NCBI GenBank assembly: GCA_048264005.1
Contig: JBLXDP010000014.1
Span: 3,565 to 67,564 of the forward strand
DNA: 64,000 nt
Direction: 5' to 3'
Source: Marinobacterium sp.
GTDB taxonomy: Bacteria; Pseudomonadota; Gammaproteobacteria; Pseudomonadales; Balneatricaceae
Shown here: piece after piece, positions 58,497 to 64,000 of the stretch
Layout of the letters: every line of letters begins with the position of its first letter
Position numbering within the stretch: the stretch's first letter is position 1
Position numbers and translations under genes: made by a program
The notes under the pieces: generated by a model
Database searches by the model: none
What the model saw: only the letters and a program-made list of their open reading frames with translations
What the model was told of the DNA's origin: nothing

Positions 58497-59453
58497 TCAG
58501 GCGATCAGCGGTTGCCATTGTTCTGGGCGAATATCCAGCTGCAGCAGTCGTTGCACCAGCTCGGTGTTAGGTGCTGATTGATCCTGCTGCTGGCAGCGAC
58601 GGATGACAGCGCCGCTGATATCGTCCAGCTCCAGCGGACGGCCTTTTTCACGGTCGACCAGCATGGATGTTTTAATCGCATCAAAGTTGCTGATCAGTGC
58701 GAACATCTCGTCCACGTCGGCTTGCGTCAGTTCGACCTCATCAGCACGTGCGGCCATTGCGGTTTCCTGCATCATGACATACACGGTTTTACCCAGCGTC
58801 GGGTCTGCTGTCAGGCTGCGGGTGTCCAGGCCTGTCAGCGCACTGAGAGGGTTTACCCCGTTATTAATCAGCAGCTTTTTCCAGAGTTCGTAACGAATAT
58901 TGTCGCTCACGCGGGTGGGAATCTGGGCGTCGTTAAGGGTGTCAGCAAGCTTGTTTAGCCAAGTATCCGCCGTATCGACACTGGGCCAGCGTCCCATCAC
59001 GACCTGGGCCGGGCCCTTGGCCTCGATATGGCCGGGGGCGATGATATGCCCGCCGATGCGCACAGCCAGTCCGCCGAGAGCTCGTTGCTGGCCGATAGCT
59101 GCAGCAATCAATGGCTCGTTATCCACGCCGTTTTGCAGGGATAGTACAGGGGTGTCTGCCTGGCTCAGCCATTCGGCAGATTGTGCGAGCCAGTCAGCCG
59201 TAGCGCCGGATTTGAGGGCCAGCATGATCAGGTCATAGTCTGAACATGCCTGTGACTGCATCAGGCTTTCCATGGCTTGGGCATCAACCGCTGCATTAAA
59301 GTGCAAAGCCTCATGCTCAACGCTCAAACCCTGTTTTTGCATCGCCTCAAGGTGAGGGCCGCGGGCAACAAAGGTGACCTGGTTCCCAGCTTCAAGCAGG
59401 CGCGCGCCATAGTAGCAACCGATACCACCGGCACCGACAATCAGAAACTTCAT
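58497..59453 (-). CDS. panE: 2-dehydropantoate 2-reductase (ketopantoate reductase family)
   Basis: VGAGGIG, LSLQNG, WKKLLIN, TSMLVD...GRPLELD. Confidence 0.88.
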   Translation of the reverse strand: MKFLIVGAGGIGCYYGARLLEAGNQVTFVARGPHLEAMQKQGLSVEHEALHFNAAVDAQAMESLMQSQACSDYDLIMLALKSGATADWLAQSAEWLSQADTPVLSLQNGVDNEPLIAAAIGQQRALGGLAVRIGGHIIAPGHIEAKGPAQVVMGRWPSVDTADTWLNKLADTLNDAQIPTRVSDNIRYELWKKLLINNGVNPLSALTGLDTRSLTADPTLGKTVYVMMQETAMAARADEVELTQADVDEMFALISNFDAIKTSMLVDREKGRPLELDDISGAVIRRCQQQDQSAPNTELVQRLLQLDIRPEQWQPLIA

Positions 59454-59560
59454 CCTGTATCTCCTTTCAGCAGGATATTTCTTTTACCGCAATCGGGTGC
59501 AGGATTAAACCGTGTAAAGCGGGACAACGTATACCCGTTAATGCAACGAAAGGGGTGAGT

Positions 59561-59881
59561 ATGAAAATTCTGCTGAATGACGCCAAAAAGCAGTACGGCT
59601 TAATCGATACCTTGGTCCTGAGGTCTTTTGAAAGCAGCATGTATCTGGTTCAGGTGCGGCTGAAGGGCGGCGAGGATCTACTCAATGTTTGCGACGATCA
59701 GGGAGCCATCATGCGTTTCACCAGTCAGTTGCATGCCAAGCTACCCTTTAAAGGCCTTGGGATTCAGCAAACTCTGTTGGTGCATGAAAGCCCCTACAAT
59801 GAGATGGTCGGTATGCCTGATGAGGAAAAAATAACCCCTTTGCAGGTCAAGGTGGCCAACCCGGATGATGATTACTCCTAA
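59561..59881 (+). CDS. DUF6482-like protein
   Basis: SFESSMYLV...HESPYNEMVG. Confidence 0.7.
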   Translation: MKILLNDAKKQYGLIDTLVLRSFESSMYLVQVRLKGGEDLLNVCDDQGAIMRFTSQLHAKLPFKGLGIQQTLLVHESPYNEMVGMPDEEKITPLQVKVANPDDDYS

Positions 59882-59921
59882 TGGACAGTCCTGACCATCA
59901 GACCTGATCCCAGTTCTCCAT

Positions 59922-60230
59922 TCAGAGCTGCCTGAAGAGGGCGGCAGCCAGTACGCCCGCTGCAATGGCTGGCAAGGGTTTCTTGATCGTCAGCATCATG
60001 ATGGCGGAGGTCAGCAGTGCCAGGCGTGCACCGTTATCACCCGCCACTGCCATGGGGGTGATAAGCGCAACCAGAACCGATCCCGACATGGCGTTGATAA
60101 ACTGTTTTACACGGTAGCTGATCGGGACGAACGACATGACGAACACACCACCCCAGCGCGTTGCCAAAGTAACCAGAGCCATGGCCAGCACTACGGCCAA
60201 TGAACCCATGCCAGCTGTTTCAATGCTCAT
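59922..60230 (-). CDS. azlD: AzlD-family membrane protein
   Basis: MALVTLATRWGG...SVLVALITP; coupled to azlC. Confidence 0.82.
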   Translation of the reverse strand: MSIETAGMGSLAVVLAMALVTLATRWGGVFVMSFVPISYRVKQFINAMSGSVLVALITPMAVAGDNGARLALLTSAIMMLTIKKPLPAIAAGVLAAALFRQL

Positions 60231-60936
60231 CGCCAGACTCCATCCAGAACGCACCCAGAATACCGCCGGCCAGTGCGCCGACAATCACATGACTGTTTTC
60301 CGGCAGGTACCAATACGCCAGCAGTGACGAAACTGCCGCCACTACCCAGATCACCAGCATGCGCAGATTCTTTTCACCACCGACCACCATGGCCAGCAGA
60401 AAACACCCCATCACCATATCCAGTCCCAGACTTTTGGGGTCTTGGATGGCACTGCCAAAATAGATGCCGAGCCAGGTTCCCAGAACCCAGAAAGACCAGA
60501 GCGCCAACCCGCCGCCGAACAACAGGCCCAGCCCAGGTTGTCCCCTGGTGAAGGCTTGCATGGCCATGGCCCAGTTGGCATCCGATGCCACCATCATTAC
60601 GGCATAACGCTGTCCAGTAGGCAGGTGTTGCAGCCAGGGGTAAAGCGTCGCGCCCATCAGCAGGTGTCGGGCGTTGATTGCAAAGACCGTCAGCAACACC
60701 GTCAACAGCGGGAGCTGAGGCCCCCAGAGCTCCAGCGTTGCAAACTGCGACGCGCCGGCAAACACCAGCGTGCTCATTAGAACCGTGATGGGTTCGCTCA
60801 GACCGGTTTGGGTAGCGGCGAGGCCAAAGGCGATGCCGAAGGCGACAACAAACATGGAGATGGGCACCAGTTGTTTGAAACCATCCCAAACAAGACGGCG
60901 GTCGAATTGATGCAATTCTGTGTGGGGGCTGGCCAT
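60220..60936 (-). CDS. azlC: AzlC-family permease
   Basis: FGIAFG, VFAGASQF, INARHLLMG, DANWA. Confidence 0.88.
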   Translation of the reverse strand: MASPHTELHQFDRRLVWDGFKQLVPISMFVVAFGIAFGLAATQTGLSEPITVLMSTLVFAGASQFATLELWGPQLPLLTVLLTVFAINARHLLMGATLYPWLQHLPTGQRYAVMMVASDANWAMAMQAFTRGQPGLGLLFGGGLALWSFWVLGTWLGIYFGSAIQDPKSLGLDMVMGCFLLAMVVGGEKNLRMLVIWVVAAVSSLLAYWYLPENSHVIVGALAGGILGAFWMESGDEH

Positions 60937-61210
60937 GTGGCGCTCCATGGAAAACGAATAACGATAAGTGGTCGAGCGAGGTGTCGGCTTGGACACAATT
61001 GCGGTTTGGACCCGAGACGGATGATAATACCGATTACACAAACAGGCGCAATGGCTTACCGGGTTTGGGTCTGATAAATACCTCATGCCGATTAGCGTTG
61101 GTGAATGTTGCCGGATCTGGTCATAATTAACAGATTAAATAACTGGCAAAGGGCTGGAAGCTGAAGTTTTTCAATAGCTTCTGCACTGCCGATGGAATTT
61201 TGACAGGAAG

Positions 61211-61858
61211 GTGATGGTGTTTGAGTCTGCTGATACAGCGTTTATCGGGTTTACGCGCGGGTATCTGGCTGCATTTTTTACCTTTGTGGCAGCGTTCTAT
61301 ACGGTGCGTATTCTTTGGCTGAATCATACCGAACATAGAAAATTTGTCTTTGCCGGGGAGCGCTACTGTGCGACCTGGTGGAACCATATGGCATTCAGGT
61401 TCTTCAGGGCGTTGATCTGGGGAATATGTGTTGGTCGCTGGCTCTATCCCGAGCTTGATCAATGGCTGGGACTGGTGCCGGGCTTGCAGAACGAGGTGCT
61501 CATTGCCTCGGGGATAGTGCTGCTGACCCTGAGCTTTGCCTACGTGCTGGTGGTGCATTTCAGCATGCGTCTTGGCTGGCGCTCGGGCATAGACCCTGAT
61601 GGCAACCCGAAACTGATTACCGATGGTTTCTATCGATTTTCCCGTAACCCGATGTTCCTGGGCGTAGCCCTGGCTCAGGTGGGGTTCTTTATGGCGTTAC
61701 CGTCGTTTTTTTCGCTTCTGTGCCTGGTGGTAGGACAGCTAGCGCTGCGTCGTCAGATTCAGGCCGAAGAGCGCCATCTGGCTGACGTTATCCCCCAGGA
61801 ATATTCGCACTACCGTGCCCGTGTTGGGCGCTGGTTGACGCTAGGGTCTCGCACCTGA
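61211..61858 (+). CDS. Isoprenylcysteine carboxylmethyltransferase/PEMT-family membrane protein
   Basis: LITDGFYRFSRNPMFLG, EERHL...YSHYRARVGRWL. Confidence 0.85.
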   Translation: MMVFESADTAFIGFTRGYLAAFFTFVAAFYTVRILWLNHTEHRKFVFAGERYCATWWNHMAFRFFRALIWGICVGRWLYPELDQWLGLVPGLQNEVLIASGIVLLTLSFAYVLVVHFSMRLGWRSGIDPDGNPKLITDGFYRFSRNPMFLGVALAQVGFFMALPSFFSLLCLVVGQLALRRQIQAEERHLADVIPQEYSHYRARVGRWLTLGSRT

Positions 61859-61881
61859 AGCCTTAACATACTGAGAAATAC

Positions 61882-62898
61882 ATGCTGAAAATCCTCTGGA
61901 CCCTGGCAACGGGGTTTGTCGGTGGCTGGCTTGCCAGTGTATTGGGCTTGCCATCGCCTTGGCTGCTGGGCGCTATTCTGGGTGTCTTGATGGCGCATGG
62001 TGCACGTATACCGGTACATATGCCTGGTAAGACTACCAGCCTGATCGCGCTTTTTATGGGCGTGTCCATCGCCTCGAGTATTGAAACCGACTTCTTTGCC
62101 CACCTACTGGAGTGGCTCCCCGCTGTCCTGCTTCTGAGCGTGATGCTGGCGATTTTGATGGCAGTGCTCTATGGCTTTTATCATCGCCGTTGTGGCTGGA
62201 GCAGCAGCGATGCACTGCTCAGTGCGGTGCCCGGTAATCTGGCAGTGGTGCTGATTTTCGCTTCAGAAGCAGGGCTGGACCCCAAGCGTATCGCGCTGGT
62301 CCATAGCGTTCGCCTGTTCTTTCTGGTTTCTGCGCTCCCGCTGCTGTTTCCGATAGTGGATCGCCCGCAAGCGGAGGTCCAGCTTGATATTCCCTATCTG
62401 GATCTTCTGCTGGTGTTCATTGTGGCGGCAGCAGCCGGGTGGTTGGCCAATCGACTGAAAGTACCGGCGGGCATGCTGGTGGGCGGCATGCTGGGAGCCT
62501 TGGTGATGAAGCTGGTGTTCGGCCTTCAGCTCAGTATTCCACCGGACTGGTTCCGAGTAGTGCTGGTTGTGTTGGGCACCGCCATCGCTGTGCGAATGAC
62601 CAAGCTCGACTTGGCATTGTTGCAGAAGACCCTGAAAGGAGCGACCGGTGGTCTGGCCCTGTCACTGCTGATCTGTGGTGCCTTCTCGCTAGTACTTCAT
62701 TTCGGCTTTGATGTGCCCTTGTTGCAGGCTGTACTGGCATATATGCCGGGCGGGTTGGAGGTGATGATCGCCATTGCGTTCAGCACCCATGTGGACCCGC
62801 TCTTTGTCGCAACGCACCAGTTGTTGCGGGTACTGATTATGTGTTTCGCGTTGCCTGCGTTGTTCAGCGTGCTTAACAGGACACGCCTGACTGATTAG
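61882..62898 (+). CDS. AbrB-family duplicated membrane protein
   Basis: Two repeats of LPSPWLLG/VPAGMLVG, PGGLEVM, HQLLRV. Confidence 0.82.
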   Translation: MLKILWTLATGFVGGWLASVLGLPSPWLLGAILGVLMAHGARIPVHMPGKTTSLIALFMGVSIASSIETDFFAHLLEWLPAVLLLSVMLAILMAVLYGFYHRRCGWSSSDALLSAVPGNLAVVLIFASEAGLDPKRIALVHSVRLFFLVSALPLLFPIVDRPQAEVQLDIPYLDLLLVFIVAAAAGWLANRLKVPAGMLVGGMLGALVMKLVFGLQLSIPPDWFRVVLVVLGTAIAVRMTKLDLALLQKTLKGATGGLALSLLICGAFSLVLHFGFDVPLLQAVLAYMPGGLEVMIAIAFSTHVDPLFVATHQLLRVLIMCFALPALFSVLNRTRLTD

Positions 62899-62924
62899 GC
62901 TAAGGCGCCAATACCTACCCCAGG

Positions 62925-63778
62925 CTATTGCGACTGAACAACGCCAACGGAGAGATCGAGGATGACTTGCCGCACGGTTTCCAGTGTCGGTTTGAGCTGA
63001 TCAAACTCGATGGAGCCTAAAGCAAGTCGAATGGCACGGGGAATATGCCGGGTAGTCGCAAAGGGCTCGGCGGTAGCAACCGCAATCTGCCGTCCCAGCA
63101 ATACCGAAACGACCTGCTCAGCGCGTACATCTTCCGGTAGTTGAAGCCATATAAAGGAGGAGACTTCATGACTGGTGTAGTCGATGTCGTGAAACACGCT
63201 ACGTGCGATTGATTGTCTGGCGAAGGCATCCTGACGTTTTGCCTGTTCAAGCTCGGCAAGGGTGCCATCTTCAATCCAGCGGCACACCAGAGCGGTCATC
63301 AGTGCGGGGGTATTCCAGGTTGTTGCACGGATAATACGTTCCAGCTGGGGTATCCATTGCGTTGGTGAAACGATATAGCCAACCCTAAGGCCCGTTGCGA
63401 TATTCTTGGAAAAGCCCGAAATATACAGTGTGCGTTCTGGTGCCAGTGCTGCCAGGGGCGGCGGTGCTTCAGTCGCGTGAAAGGCGTAAGCGGCGTCTTC
63501 AATGATGATCAAATCGTGCCTTCGCGCAATGTCGACCAATCGACACCATGGCCTCTGGGAATGCTGGTTGCTCTGACAAAGGTGCCGCGCCCTTTCTCGC
63601 CGCTGATCAGCCCCATGGATTCCAACTCGGAGTAGACTCTTGAAGCCGTGACCAGCGCAAAACCATGCTCCTGTGCGAGTTTGCGATGAGTCGGTAGTTG
63701 GGTGCCAGGTGGCAGGGCGCCTGAACGTATCTCCTCTGCAAAACGATCAACAAGGCTTTTATAACGAGCACGGGGCAT
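62925..63778 (-). pseudogene. MocR/GabR-family PLP-dependent regulator with internal deletion and frameshift
   Basis: wHTH (LPTHRKLA...GRGTFVR) joined out of frame to IIEDAAY...SGFSKN; the N-terminal half of the aminotransferase-like domain is missing. Confidence 0.85.
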
Positions 63779-63790
63779 GCGGATTGTATC

Positions 63791-63814
63791 CATGACAATA
63801 ATTGTATTGTCATG
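63791..63814. promoter_or_regulatory. Candidate MocR operator
   Basis: Perfect inverted repeat CATGACAATA-ATTG-TATTGTCATG in the MocR/DJ-1 divergon. Confidence 0.65.
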
Positions 63815-63865
63815 ATTTTAGGCTTTAGGCTGAGCTCCTAACAACCAATACAGAGGCTGAGCAAC

Positions 63866-64000
63866 ATGCATGTTTCAATTCTGACCTTTGAAGGTTTCAA
63901 CGAACTCGACTCTTTTATTGCTCTGGGCATTTTGAATCGAATGAAAGACAGGGGCTGGCGTATTTCAATTGCGTCGCCAGCCAAGCGGGTTACGTCGATG
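63866..64000 (+). CDS. DJ-1/PfpI-family protein (3' truncated by window edge)
   Basis: MHVSILTFEGFNELDSFIALGILNR... Confidence 0.75.
   Translation, partial: MHVSILTFEGFNELDSFIALGILNRMKDRGWRISIASPAKRVTSM

Noticed and set aside
61882-62898. 'Ammonia monooxygenase' label often given to this family
   Set aside because: It is an AbrB-type duplicated membrane protein with no amoCAB context
1-64000. CRISPR array, tRNA/rRNA, IS/transposase, integrase or prophage
   Set aside because: No repeat-spacer periodicity, RNA gene signatures or mobility-gene motifs were seen by eye

Overview
A 64 kb chromosomal segment from a marine gammaproteobacterium. The gene content suggests Oceanospirillales (Marinobacterium-like), which is an inference. 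I found no rRNA, tRNA, CRISPR array, integrase or transposase. About 1-15 kb is an accessory patchwork: DinB-family, DUF1801, AhpD-like/MFS/LysR, two GFA proteins, a POTRA-less Omp85, a nitrilase, a class A acid phosphatase, an LRR protein, and a PilY1-less minor-pilin cluster ending in a PilX-beta-solenoid fusion. About 15-26 kb holds signalling and chemotaxis genes: MASE1-GGDEF, an internally deleted MCP, and two paralogous dCache MCPs flanking a csp gene. About 26-52 kb is mostly core genes: minCDE, cysG, nhaD, purT, argO/argP, deaD, smr, tmcA, glrK-qseG-glrR, olsF, dinB. The best candidate for an uncharacterised system is at 52.1-58.5 kb. A Fur-box divergon couples a NikL/CbiL-like periplasmic protein to a translationally coupled operon of feoA, feoB (long extramembrane loop), a Cys-rich protein, an ABC ATPase with a non-canonical Walker B, an ABC-2-like membrane protein and a DUF4857-like protein. 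Two further highlights: an unlisted 58-aa microprotein built of (D/E)RR motifs (candidate stand-alone c-di-GMP binder, 50307-50483), and a small membrane-protein gene whose 3' UTR is complementary to its own RBS (25.7-26.1 kb). All family assignments are by motif recognition from memory; no searches were run.
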